DNA of 63,563 bases, filler included, from Octopus bimaculoides (GCF_001194135.2; 6 parts of 4 records of this genome joined end to end with filler, not necessarily neighbours in it); one strand, 5' to 3'; positions 12,712 to 24,935 are shown, numbered from the whole stretch's first letter. Translations and numbers: made by a program. Notes: generated by a model not told the origin, from the letters alone.

Positions 12712-12819
12712 GAAAGAGAGAGAGAGAAAACCGTTAATTTCATAAACTAACTTTGGTCGTCCATTGACAAATAAATACGTGACGAATTGGAAAGGATTGG
12801 CCTTTGTCTGAGAAAGACT

Positions 12820-12882
12820 GTGATAATGATGATGACGATGACGATGACGATGATGGTGATGATGATGATGGTGATGATGATT

Positions 12883-12923
<41 letters not shown>

Positions 12924-13265
12924 CATCATCATCATCATGTAGGCGCTGTTGGAGGTAGTGAAGGAAGTGATGGTGGTGGTTGTAGTGATGGTATTGGTGG
13001 TAATGGTGGTGGCGGTGGTGGTGGGGTAATGTGGTGGCAGTGGTGAGGATGGTGGAGGATAAATGTGATGGTGAGGATGGTAACAGTGTTAGTGCTGATG
13101 GTGGTGGTGGTGTCGATGGTGTTTGTTTATTGGTTGCAGTGTGATGATGGTGATGATGATGATGAGGATGATGATAGTAGTGTTGGTCGAATTCTTAGTG
13201 AAGATGATGACGACGGCGACGACGATGACGATGATGATGATGACGATGGCGACGATTATGATGGT
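12820..13265. repeat. Mixed trinucleotide low-complexity tract (GAT/GAC/GGT/CAT)
   Basis: Direct reading; gives spurious poly-D/M/G/H ORFs. Confidence 0.9.
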
Positions 13266-13424
13266 CGTGAAAAGACTGAAAAAAGAAAGAAGACCTATAA
13301 ATATATTTCTATATAACTCTTTTCTCTTGAGATAAAATTTTTTAAAGTCTCTGGTATCTATTTTGTGTTTTCATTAAGAAAAAAGGACGAAAGTCGGGCT
13401 AAAATATTTATCTTAATCTGTCAT

Positions 13425-13607
13425 CTTTTACAAGTTTCAGTCATTGAACTGCGGCCATACTTGAGCACACACTCGAAGGATTTTAGTCGAAAAGAACACC
13501 AACCCAGTACTTAAGTGAGTACATTATTCAGTCGGCCAATTTTGCTGAGCAGGTAATTTACGAGAATATAAACAAAATAACACCGGTTGTCAAGCAGCGG
13601 TTGTGGA

Positions 13608-13610
<3 letters not shown>
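13425..13610 (-). mobile_element. SINE family 1 tail fragment
   Basis: GTTTCAGTCATTGAACTGCGGCCATAC...CACCGGTTGTCAAGCAGCGG then (CA)n. Confidence 0.6.
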
Positions 13611-13651
<41 letters not shown>

Positions 13652-14324
13652 GCACGAACGCACGCACACACATACATATATACACATGTNNNNNNNNNNN
13701 NNNNNNNNNNNNNNNNNNNNNNNNNNNNNNNNNNNNNNNNNNNNNNNNNNNNNNNNNNNNNNNNNNNNNNNNNNNNNNNNNNNNNNNNNNNNNNNNNNNN
13801 NNNNNNNNNNNNNNNNNNNNNNNNNNNNNNNNNNNNNNNNNNNNNNNNNNNNNNNNNNNNNNNNNNNNNNNNNNNNNNNNNNNNNNNNNNNNNNNNNNNN
13901 NNNNNNNNNNNNNNNNNNNNNNNNNNNNNNNNNNNNNNNNNNNNNNNNNNNNNNNNNNNNNNNNNNNNNNNNNNNNNNNNNNNNNNNNNNNNNNNNNNNN
14001 NNNNNNNNNNNNNNNNNNNNNNNNNNNNNNNNNNNNNNNNNNNNNNNNNNNNNNNNNNNNNNNNNNNNNNNNNNNNNNNNNNNNNNNNNNNNNNNNNNNN
14101 NNNNNNNNNNNNNNNNNNNNNNNNNNNNNNNNNNNNNNNNNNNNNNNNNNNNNNNNNNNNNNNNNNNNNNNNNNNNNNNNNNNNNNNNNNNNNNNNNNNN
14201 NNNNNNNNNNNNNNNNNNNNNNNNNNNNNNNNNNNNNNNNNTCTCTCCCCTCTTTCCGCCTCCGTCTCTCGTTCATCCAAATATTAGAAAAATAAACAAA
14301 GATGCCGGGTAAGCTTGATGCAGA

Positions 14325-15016
14325 GAATGATGTAGTGGTGGTAGTAGTGATAGTGGTGGTAGTGATAGTTATTGTGGTAGTGGTAGTTATTGTAGTGGTG
14401 GTAGTAGTGATAGTGGTAGTGGTAGTAGTAGTTATTGTAGGATGGTGGTAGTTATTGTGGTAGCGGTAGTAGTAGTTATTGTAGGGTGGTGGTAGTTATT
14501 GTGGTAGTGGTAGTTATTGTAGTGGTGTGGTAGTTATTGTGGTAGTGGTAGTAGTAGTAGTTATTGTGGTGGTGGTGGTAGTGGTAGTTACTGCAGTGGT
14601 GGTAGTGGTAGTTATGTGGTGGTGGTATTGATAGTATTTATGGTGGTGTAGTAGCGGTCGTTATTGTGGTGGTGGCAGTAGTACTAGTTATTTTGATGGT
14701 GGTGGTGGTGTTAGTAGTAGTAGTATACTGGTGATGTTGATGGTGGTAGTAATGACGGGTATAGTGCTTGTAGGCGGCAGTATCGGCGTTAGTATAATAG
14801 CGTAGGGGTGGTAGTCGTAGTGGTTGTGGTTGCGGTTGTGGTAGCAATTGACGATGGGTGGAACAGAAGTGTCAACATTGGATGTTGCATCAGTGTTAGG
14901 AAATTCAATGGAGGGTTACGCCCATTTATGTGGAATAGCGACATTGATAATGGTGATGATGATGATGATGATGATGACGTTGGTGGTGATGTTGAGGATG
15001 ATGATGGTGATGGTGG

Positions 15017-15051
<35 letters not shown>

Positions 15052-15060
15052 TTGGTGGTG
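14325..15060. repeat. Mixed GTA/GTG/GTT and GAT trinucleotide low-complexity tract
   Basis: Recurring GTAGTGGTAGTAGTTATT units followed by (GAT)n. Confidence 0.9.
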
Positions 15061-15824
15061 ATTTTTCCGGATATAGTTTCCTCTCATCTCGTCTCTAAAT
15101 GTATAAACATACATTTAGACACCCAGTAAAATACCTTACCATCATTTCACCATCTAAATATTTTTCAGCCATTAAAAATAAGATTATGTTAAGCAATTAT
15201 AAAATCGATCGGTTCATTGTAAAAAATATGCATCGAACTACATCACGGGATCCAGGACGTGCAACGTTGGCCTCTCGGAGAAGCATAACATTGTTTTTCC
15301 AATGTTAAGTAATTCTGAACAAAAGATCAGACTTCAGTATATATTCTTTTCTCTTCTAGGCACAAATCCCGAAATATTTGAAGAGGGGACCCAGTCGATT
15401 AGATCGACTCCAGTACGCAACTGGTACTTAATTTATCAACCACAGTACGATGAAAAGCAAGTCGACCTCGGGGGGAATTTGAACTCAGGAGCTTGTGTCC
15501 TCTTCATTAGATGCAGATGGAGGGTTGTGGAATAGCGCATATAAACTGACGTGACCCACAAAGCTAGGAATATCAGCACGGGTCTGAAATTCGTTACTGG
15601 ATGGAACAGGGGGGGGGGATGAAGCGCAGACCCTTACTGAGAAGGGGAAGATCAGGAGGAATGGTAACAACAGATTGAAGTGGGGAGGGGGTGGATGAGT
15701 TAGATGTGGTAGTGATACATACACAGTTATATACATAGATATATTTTTATAAATATATATGCATATGTATGCATGTATGTATGTATGTATGTATGTATGT
15801 ATGTATGTATGTATCTATCTATCC

Positions 15825-15862
<38 letters not shown>

Positions 15863-16427
15863 ATATATATATNNNNNNNNNNNNNNNNNNNNNNNNNNNN
15901 NNNNNNNNNNNNNNNNNNNNNNNNNNNNNNNNNNNNNNNNNNNNNNNNNNNNNNNNNNNNNNNNNNNNNNNNNNNNNNNNNNNNNNNNNNNNNNNNNNNN
16001 NNNNNNNNNNNNNNNNNNNNNNNNNNNNNNNNNNNNNNNNNNNNNNNNNNNNNNNNNNNNNNNNNNNNNNNNNNNNNNNNNNNNNNNNNNNNNNNNNNNN
16101 NNNNNNNNNNNNNNNNNNNNNNNNNNNNNNNNNNNNNNNNNNNNNNNNNNNNNNNNNNNNNNNNNNNNNNNNNNNNNNNNNNNNNNNNNNNNNNNNNNNN
16201 NNNNNNNNNNNNNNNNNNNNNNNNNNNNNNNNNNNNNNNNNNNNNNNNNNNNNNNNNNNNNNNNNNNNNNNNNNNNNNNNNNNNNNNNNNNNNNNNNNNN
16301 NNNNNNNNNNNNNNNNNNNNNNNNNNNNNNNNNNNNNNNNNNNNNNNNNNNNNNNNNNNNNNNNNNNNNNNNNNNNNNNNNNNNNNNNNNNNNNNNNNNN
16401 NNNNNNNNNNNNNNNNNNNNNNNNNNN

Positions 16428-16458
<31 letters not shown>

Positions 16459-17199
16459 GTGCATCTATGTATATATGTTACATATTAAGAATGAAATCGT
16501 ATTTATCTGACGTCATAATGGATGGCAAAACAAACGAGAATAATGGTTGCTATAAAACGCAATCAACCTCAACCCCCACCTAAAATACAACCACAGCGAC
16601 AACATCAACGAAAAAGAAAGCGAGCATTAGAGAAATGTAAAGATTTTACAACTATCTTGAAATGGGCTGAAGATTTTGGAGCTGGTCCAAATGGACGAGG
16701 CCAAAATAAAACGTCACTTCCAGTGGTGGGCGTCATGAGTGATAACGAATCCCAGCCAACTCGAAGTAAGTTGGCTGGTAATTTTGCGTGAGATTTTTCA
16801 CTAGACTGCATGGAAAATGGCCAAAATAGACTTCTTAGAGAAACGAATTGCAAGGGAGCCATATCACTGTTGACTGTTTAGTTGACATACAGAAGAAAGA
16901 AGACAACAAAGTAAAAAGATAGGCTAAAGAACTACGAAATTAATGAGAGTGCATTTTATTTGTTTTTGAATGAGCAGACGACACAAGGTCGTCTGCTGTC
17001 AGTCAAATTCAACGAAAGGTTAGACAAACATTTCTGTATCAGCAGTATCACTTAGCATTAAGGGTGTTTTCTTTTTTGTTACAAATGTTTATTAGAAATC
17101 AATAGTTAAAGGCTTAGTTTCAAGAGAAGACAGATCATTCCTCGTCCATTTTTTAAAGTTCAGATCTTGCGAGAATTAATTTTGCTTTTCACATCTTTT

Positions 17200-17433
17200 A
17201 AACTTTTACTTGTTTCAATCATTTAGCTGCGGACATGCTGGGACACCGCCTTGAAGGATTCAGTCGAGCAAATCGAACCCGGAATTTATTTTTCATTAAG
17301 TCTGGTACTTATTCTATCAGTTTATTTTGCCGGACTGCAAAATTAGGGGGACGTAAACAAACCAACACAAGTTGTCAAGTGGTGGTGGGGGACAAACATA
17401 AATACAAAAACACACACATAAACACACACGTGC

Positions 17434-17488
<55 letters not shown>

Positions 17489-17660
17489 CATGAATATACG
17501 AAGGGTTTCTTTCAGTTTCCGACTCCCAAATTCATTCATATGACTTTGGTCAACCCGGAGCTATAGAAGAAGATACTTGTTTAAGGTGCTGCGCAGTGGG
17601 ACTGAACCGAAGACTATATGGTTGGGAAGTAAGCTTCTTAATCACAAATTCGCGCCTGCA
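17200..17660 (-). mobile_element. SINE family 1, most complete copy
   Basis: Tail (17205-17410), (AT)n, then head/CORE-like part (TTCAGTTTCCG...AAGGTGCTGCGCAGTGGGACTGAACC...GCGCCTGC). Confidence 0.75.
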
Positions 17661-18344
17661 TCTATTACTTTAGTTATAACTTATTTAACATATTTAATAC
17701 AATCATGTTCAGGGCAACACATTAAACTATCCGGTCTTGGGGTTTCAGTTTAAGAGTTCAGAAGTTTTGAAGAGAATGGACTTATCGTTCAGTCACCAAT
17801 CCATTCTGACCTTGGGTAGTACACTCTGACCTTGGGTAGTAAAACCAGTTGCCGGTAGAATAACTGAAGGTGGTCCTGTAGTTAAGGCATGCACGACTCG
17901 AAGGAGAGCTGAGCCACTAGACATGTGACACAGGCCCACCTGTGGGTGGACATTCCCTGATGTCACGTGAACCAGATCCTTGATTAAAGGACAAATAGAC
18001 CCTGCGCATTAAAAGAAAGCAGGAAGCTAACAGTAAGATTTTTTGGGTTGGCAGACGGCTGTATATTTCCCAAGAAAAGTTCTGAAACTTCAGAGTTTGG
18101 CATGGAAATCCATTTTCTGGAAATGGTGCATGAAGTGACCGACCATTAGTGTCAGAGACCGACCATTAGTGTCGCACCTACAAGGCGCTCAGCTGCATAG
18201 GCGACTCGTCAAATTCAAATGGCCGGAGCACATAACCTCTCTACAATCGGAGTGAGGAAAACGTCATGGTCCACATATGTCTATATATTTATATATATAT
18301 GTGTGTGTGTGTGTGCGCGCGTGGGCATGTGTGCGTGCGTGTGT

Positions 18345-18550
18345 GTGTGCGTGTGAGTGTTTGTGTTTTTCCTCCCGCCGCTTGTTGGTTTGTTTTCGTC
18401 TCCGTGAACTAGCAGCTCGGCATAAAAGATCGATAGAATAAGTGCCAGACTTAAAAATATATAAATACTGGAGTCAATTTGTGTTCGACTAAACTCTTCC
18501 AAGCGCTGATCCAGCATGGCTGCAGTCCAATGACTGAAAAAAGTAAAAGA
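18345..18550 (+). mobile_element. SINE family 1 tail fragment, inverted relative to 17200-17660
   Basis: CGCTTG..GGT...GATAGAATAAGTGCCAG...CAGCATGGCTGCAGTCCAATGACTGAAAAAAGTAAAAGA. Confidence 0.65.
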
Positions 18551-18657
18551 TGAGGAAATTAATCTCAGTGAAATTTGAACTTAGAACGCAAAGATTAGGA
18601 ACCAATAATCCCAAATATTCCGTCCAATGCTTTGAGGACTCTGCCAGCTCACCTAGG

Positions 18658-18820
18658 CTGGTGAGTTGGCAGAATTGTTAGCACGCCGGGCGAAATGGTT
18701 TGCGGTATTTCGCCTGTCGCTACTACGTTCTGAAATCAAATTCCGTCGAGGTCGGTTTTGCCTTTCATCCATTCGGGGTCGATAAATTAAATACCAGTGA
18801 AACACTGGGGTCGATTGCAA
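18658..18820 (+). mobile_element. SINE family 2 (GGTGAGCTGGCAGAATCGTTAGCAC head)
   Basis: Box A TGGCAGAATTG, box B-like GAAATCAAATTCC, then GCCTTTCATCC.TTCGGGGTCGATAAATTAA. Related copies at 1407-1525 (+), 15341-15489 (-), 24060-24350 (-), 24725-24935 (-), 25325-25495 (+), 57420-57470 (-). Confidence 0.7.
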
Positions 18821-19199
18821 GGAGATTCTGTCTTGAAGGAGATTTGGTTAATTGCAGCAGGTCGACTCACCAGATAGAAGCTCGGACTGATTTCTAAATG
18901 AAATAAACGAAATAAAATGCCAGCCAGTCTAAGTACCTGGGTTCAAATCGATTTCTATCGATTGTTTTTATCCAAATCCAGCAACTTTCTGGCACGGAAC
19001 CAATAATGTGATATAAGTAAAATCCGTATTATTAATGGCACCGCTGTTACGTCACTGAAGATCAAGTCTTTGTATTCGTTTTGGCAGTATTCCTTTTAAA
19101 AGCGTCTGTTAAATTACATGTCAGTCAGCTTTCAAATAAGATAGGACCTTCTGCGGTTCGCTCTCTTATCTGAGGTGCCCCCCACCACTTTTGTTTTTG

Positions 19200-19666
19200 A
19201 CACCGTTATCAGCGTCACGGTCAACGTTGTCGTCAACATCCTCCTCCTCCTCGTCCTTCTCGTCGTTGTCATCGTTGTCGTCCTTCTCCTCCTCCTCCTC
19301 CTCCTCCTTGCCATCGTCGTCATCGTCGTCGTCGTCGTCGTCATCGTCCTCACCGCCTCGTCCTTCTCGTCCGCGTCCTCCTTGCCTGCATCCTCCTCGT
19401 CTGCGACGTCGTCCTCCCTCCTCCTCCTCGTCTGCGTCGTCGACGACATTCTCCTCCTCCTCCTCCACCACCTCATAGCACCACCACTACCAGGACGACC
19501 GCCGCCACCACCACCACCAGCAGCAGCAGCAGCAGCAGCACCACCACCACCACCACCACCACNNNNNNNNNNNNNNNNNNNNNNNNNNNNNNNNNNNNNN
19601 NNNNNNNNNNNNNNNNNNNNNNNNNNNNNNNNNNNNNNNNNNNNNNNNNNNNNNNNNNNNNNNNNN

Positions 19667-19728
<62 letters not shown>

Positions 19729-19790
19729 TTCCTCATCCGCCTTCTCGTCGTCGTCGTCGTCGTCGTCCTCCTCCTCGACCTCGGAGAAAG
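19200..19790. repeat. Mixed TCC/TCG/CAC/CAG/TAC trinucleotide tract with gap
   Basis: Direct reading. Confidence 0.85.
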
Positions 19791-20069
19791 AAAGAGGGGG
19801 AGAGAGTGAGAATGAGAGAGAGAGTGAGAAAGTTAAATAGATAGGTAGAGATATGAGTTACAATCAAATATATATACGCATTTACGCACCAACACACCCA
19901 CACACCCACTTATATGTATACATACACTTTTATACACGCATGCATACGTACACTCTCTCACACACATACACACATATAAGCACTTATATATATATAATAT
20001 ATATATTAAATATAACTGTATATTAAATAAAACTATAACATATATATTAAATATAATTCTGTGTGTGTG

Positions 20070-20101
<32 letters not shown>

Positions 20102-21049
20102 TACATACATATATAATTATATATATAAAAAATATATCGTATATATATACTATACTTGAGACAAACAGGTAAACAGGTGTACACACATACGTTTTTAAAG
20201 ATGAGGTAATAAGCATTACAGTAGAATATTTCTGATTATGACGCGCAATTTCCATTTTATGTAGATTCATATAAAACAATATTCTATGAACAGAACAAAA
20301 TATATAAAAGAAACCCTTAGCAAATACAAAAAAAAACAAACAACCCCCAAAACATCAAAACCAAAGAACAATAAAAACAACTTTAAAAAATACTCAATCC
20401 CCGGCTTTAACTTCAGAATTATAGTAAGGAGAAAAATAAATGAATAAATTTATGTACGTGGCTATACGGTTTATTTGTTTATATTTTTTCCTGAAGAAGT
20501 TTTTAGATTGACTAGAAAGCAGACGATAAGTATTAAGGAACGTCTGCTTTGTTGATTAACGTATTGCGTTTGACCTGGTGACATCATAAGGTGTCTCAAA
20601 GGTGAGAGGGTAATTCCTTGGGCAAAGTTATTTTGTCTACTGTGACCCAGTCTGGTAGAAAATTGATTGAATCTATTTGTCTTTTTGGCAATGTTTCAAA
20701 TGATTTAAGACAGGTGTATGTTGTTTATACCATTGTGATGCATCTATGTCGTATATATGTAAGTATGTATGTAGGTATGTATGTATATACACGTGAATGT
20801 GTGTGTGTACATGGATCTGTCTGTTCATATACGTATGCACACTCATAAATACTCATACACACATCTATTCCTAAGTTCGCACGTGCGTACCTGCCTACCT
20901 ACTTACTTACCTACCTAACTACTTACCTACCTACGTACGTACACATACACTCACATATATACATAGAGAGATGTACATACACATATGCATACATATATAT
21001 GAATATTCATATCAAAATCTAGCGACAGGAACAGCTCTAGATTAAGATC

Positions 21050-21150
<101 letters not shown>

Positions 21151-21274
21151 ATATGTACATGCTCACTTGAAACTGTACAGAAAGGAGACACCAAAACAAT
21201 GAAAGGAAGTGCTCCAGCATGGCCTCATCCTCTGGCTGGAACCAGTAAAAAATAAAAGAATATATACACTTAGA

Positions 21275-21530
21275 CCTCTTCGGTCATAAATGACTATGGG
21301 ATTGAACCTGGAAAGTTCCCCTCCGAGGCACATGTTCGAGCAAGGTTGTTTAGGGAAGACGAGCAGTCACCCATGCATACTGGTCTCCATTTTCCATGTC
21401 ACTGATGTTGTCCAAGTGAAAGGTAAAGGTCGATACAGCTTGGCACTAGTGACGTCGCACCTCATTTCTTTAGATGAGTGAACTGGAGCGACGTGAAATA
21501 AAGTGTCTTGCTCAAGAACGCAACACAGCC
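21275..21530 (-). mobile_element. SINE family 4 copy, head-truncated
   Basis: Reverse complement of 59230-59495 (GATACAGCTTGGCAC, CTGGAGCGACGTGAAATAAAGTGTCTTGCTCAAGAAC). Confidence 0.7.
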
Positions 21531-21607
21531 CATGTTTGTGAGCATGACGCTCTATATATTTATATTATGTATTTACACACAAACACACACATGTGAATAT
21601 ATAATTT

Positions 21608-21739
21608 ACTTACTTATTTCAGTCATTGGACTGCGGTCATGCTGGAGCACCTCTTTTAGTCGAACAAATCGACTCCAGGACTCATTCTTTGTTAGTCTAG
21701 TACTTATTCTATCGGACCTTTTTGCCGAACCGCTAAGTA

Positions 21740-21740
<1 letters not shown>
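21608..21740 (-). mobile_element. SINE family 1 tail fragment
   Basis: TTATTTCAGTCATTGGACTGCGGTCATGCTGGAGCACC...GCCGAACCGCTAAGT. Confidence 0.65.
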
Positions 21741-21835
<95 letters not shown>

Positions 21836-22180
21836 ATTGCAGGTTTCGATATTTCTCCAAGAGCATTCAATACGGTTATGAATTTCCAAAAGACTAGTGA
21901 AACGGACGTAAAAATCTTCTGCATATTTTGAAAAGTCTTTGAAACGTCTAGAGAAACTTTTCCTATATGTAAATCAAAACAAAAAGCATTGTTTCGAATT
22001 TTTGTTAATTTGGACATAATTTAGAATTTTATCAATTTTTCGCAACATAAAAAGATTCTTCCGTAAAAAAAGACTAAAAACAAATAGCAAAACAAAAAAC
22101 AAAAACAAAAAGAACGAAAACAAAATCAAAATAAAACTAAAAAAAAAACAGGAAACAACTCAAAAACAAAAGTATTAATC

Positions 22181-23212
22181 ATGTCCAGAGCTGAATCTGA
22201 AAATACCTCTTTGGCACCGGACATGTCTTCAGTGGGTTCTAAAAATACATATAAAGGTAAGGCATTTCATACCTATTCTGAAACTGAGTCTGTTTCGAGA
22301 TGTTCATTTAAAGATGTAACGAATTCTGAGAGAGGTAACACTTCCAAGGTAGATTCGATGAAAAGTGTGTTTTCCCTCTCTGATGAGTTAAGAGCCAACA
22401 GGCAGGAGTTAATTTTCCACGATTTTAACCGGCAACTTCGTAAAGTAAAAGATTCTTTAGAAAGACTGGCTACTAGATTGTCAGAGAAGGAGAATTTTAG
22501 CAGCCCTTCGTCTGCTTCTGAATCCTCTGATAGTGACTCGGATATCGAATGTTCAAACAACAAAACACAGAAAAACGGTCCAAATTCGAAGAGAAAGTCT
22601 GTAGATTGTTCGAATATTCTTAATTTGTCTTCGAGTGACAGTGAAGAAGATAGAAATGTCAAATATCGCAAACAAAAACGCACTAGGAAATCAATTACAG
22701 TGACAACTCCTTCAGGAAGCGAATGCTCCATCTTGCATTCGGATCATTCAATACTCACTAGTTCTGGCAAAAAGACTAAAGCCAAAACTAAAAAGAGGAA
22801 AACTACTGTTGTAAAAGCGAGCTCCAGCACTGACTTCTCAGTATCGGACCTTAATTTCATCACACGATCAGAAGATGTAATTCAGGACAAGAAAAAAAAG
22901 TATCGATCATCTCGTAATAAGAACAACCAATATATGAGCTCAGAATCAGAACATATTTCCGAAGCAAAAATTCGCAGCAGACAGAAGAAGAGTTCGGCAA
23001 AGAAATCGTCATCAGGAACCGGCAGCGATGTTTCTATAAAATCAGTTTCAATACCCATGAAAGATCTAACGAAGAGACTTCTTGACAAATTTATTGACCT
23101 TCGCAACAAGAATTGCCCTCCTCGGAATTCGAAAGATGCATCAGATAGTTCTTTTTCTTCAGATTCTCTCCATGAAACTATTTTCATCAGGAAATCCTGC
23201 GAATACAAGTAA
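22181..23212 (+). CDS. Uncharacterised 343-aa Ser/Lys/Arg-rich, probably largely disordered protein with an N-terminal coiled-coil-like segment; single coding exon
   Basis: 1032-nt stop-free non-microsatellite ORF in AT-rich DNA. In-frame TAG upstream at 22085-22087, ATG with A at -3, TAA at 23210-23212, AATAAA at 23277-23282. Basic clusters (KKTKAKTKKRK, DKKKKYR) and SDSDSD/SSDSEED acidic-Ser tracts. Confidence 0.65.
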   Translation: MSRAESENTSLAPDMSSVGSKNTYKGKAFHTYSETESVSRCSFKDVTNSERGNTSKVDSMKSVFSLSDELRANRQELIFHDFNRQLRKVKDSLERLATRLSEKENFSSPSSASESSDSDSDIECSNNKTQKNGPNSKRKSVDCSNILNLSSSDSEEDRNVKYRKQKRTRKSITVTTPSGSECSILHSDHSILTSSGKKTKAKTKKRKTTVVKASSSTDFSVSDLNFITRSEDVIQDKKKKYRSSRNKNNQYMSSESEHISEAKIRSRQKKSSAKKSSSGTGSDVSIKSVSIPMKDLTKRLLDKFIDLRNKNCPPRNSKDASDSSFSSDSLHETIFIRKSCEYK

Positions 23213-24724
23213 AACTCACACATCTCGCAACGAAACAAGGAAAGTTTTACGAAAAATGATACACGAAATATTATTCAATAAAAGTGAGTTTAGTTGACAT
23301 TTGCATTAAATTTTCGAAGGGAAAAAAAAATAATAAGCAGATAGGTAAAACATTTACCAAGCAACGGTTGACGTCATAGCTGTCCTAATATCCATTTAGA
23401 AGCAAACAGCTGAGCCAATGTCTAATGGTTGTCGCCATCTTATTTTTAGCATCAGCTGAAGGTAATAAACTTAATACTTGATTAAAGAATAAAATGAAAT
23501 AAAGGTTGGAAATATTAAATGATCTGATAGTTTGTTCTTATTAGTTTGTATTGTGAGGAGAGCAGAATATTTTCCATCCATTAGTGTAATATGTGTAATA
23601 ATGATAATGTGGGAAGACTGATTATTATCTTTTCTGTCGGAAAATTGCGCTCTAAAAAGCTTATCTAGAAACTTCCACCTTCCAGATTGTCACATACATC
23701 AAATGTCTATAGAATTCTCCTGTCTTCTCGAGTGTAAGATGCAGTAGAGTTTAGACAATCTCCTCTAGGCGAAAGCTTTTAGTAAGACAACCTAAGCACA
23801 TACGAAGTCAACGTACGAAAATAACTACTAAAAGGTAGTAAAACTTTTTAGATGCCTTTTATATTAATGAATGGTGGTTTGTTAGAAACGGTAGAATGGC
23901 GGACTAAAAGATTTGGTTATGCCTGTTCAAATCTTCTCAACTTCGATTATGTGCCAGAAAAATGTATTTGGATCGATTAACTCGTTAATATTCCTTTCTT
24001 GTAAAAGTGGGATTTGCATCAAAGTTAAGAATTAATGGTGGTCGTTCTTGGCGGAATTCAAGATCAGAGCATAAAGACAGACGAAATGTTGCAAAGCATT
24101 TTGCGCATTGTGCTAACGATTCTGCCAGCTCACCGCCTTTAAGTTAAAAATTAAGAATTGGTCGCAAATTTTGGTACAGTGCTGGCAATTTAGAAGGAAG
24201 GGCGAGTCGATTACATATACCTCGGTTACATAGACCAACTGGTACTTACTTTATCGAGCTGTGTTCAACTGGTACATATTTTATCAACCCCGAAAGGATA
24301 GGAGGCAAAGTCGACCATTGCGGAATTAGAACATGGAACGTAAAATCGGACAAAATGTTTGTGTTGAAAAACCTCACAGTTTGTAGGGAAAAGCAAACGT
24401 GTTTTAATAAAGAGTGGATCGTATTTGAAAAAGATGGACAGGTATTTGTATGTATATGTTTATTTGTATGTATGGGTGTATTTGTACGCCTGTATGTATG
24501 TGTATTCTGTGTGTATATATATATGGTAGTAAGTTAATGTGTGAAAAAACTCACAGTTTGTAGGGAATAAAAGTTTGTCGATCGCATTTATGTATGTATG
24601 TATGCCTGTATATATATGAGATAATAGTTTCACTTGAATAGTTTCAGTATTAAGCATTTTGTCCGGCATACTAAATGTGAGATTCTGCTAGTTCGCCGCC
24701 TGAAGTTAAGAATTAATATTTATT

Positions 24725-24935
24725 TCGAATTTTGGCACAAGGCCAGCAATTCCGTGGGAGTGGATAAGTCAGTTACATCGACCCCAGTGCTCAGTTGGTA
24801 CTTATTTTATCGACTCCGAAAGGAAGAAAGGTAAAGTCGACGTCGGTTGAATTTGAACTCAGAACGCAAAGGCGGACGAAACGCCGCTAAGTATTTCGCC
24901 CGCCGTGCTAACGATTTTGCCAGCTCACCGCCTTA
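24725..24935 (-). mobile_element. SINE family 2 copy
   Basis: GCACAAGGCCAGCAATT...AAAGTCGACGTCGGTTGAATTTGAACTCAGAACG...GCTAACGATTTTGCCAGCTCACCGCC. Confidence 0.7.

Noticed and set aside
12804-13335. Poly-D/G/H ORFs
   Set aside because: Microsatellite-derived.
14325-14830. Repeat-spacer-like periodicity (GTAGTTATT anchors) reminiscent of a CRISPR array
   Set aside because: The spacers are themselves GTA/GTG triplets of variable number; a higher-order microsatellite in a eukaryotic genome with no cas genes.
19132-19840. Acidic poly-E/D ORF (19166-19471, minus) resembling a nucleolin-like tract
   Set aside because: Open in most frames because of triplet repeats; no flanking domain or convincing splice pair.
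22273-23238. Antisense ORFs of 152 and 118 aa over the orphan ORF
   Set aside because: Expected shadow of a biased Ser/Lys-rich sense frame; no independent evidence.
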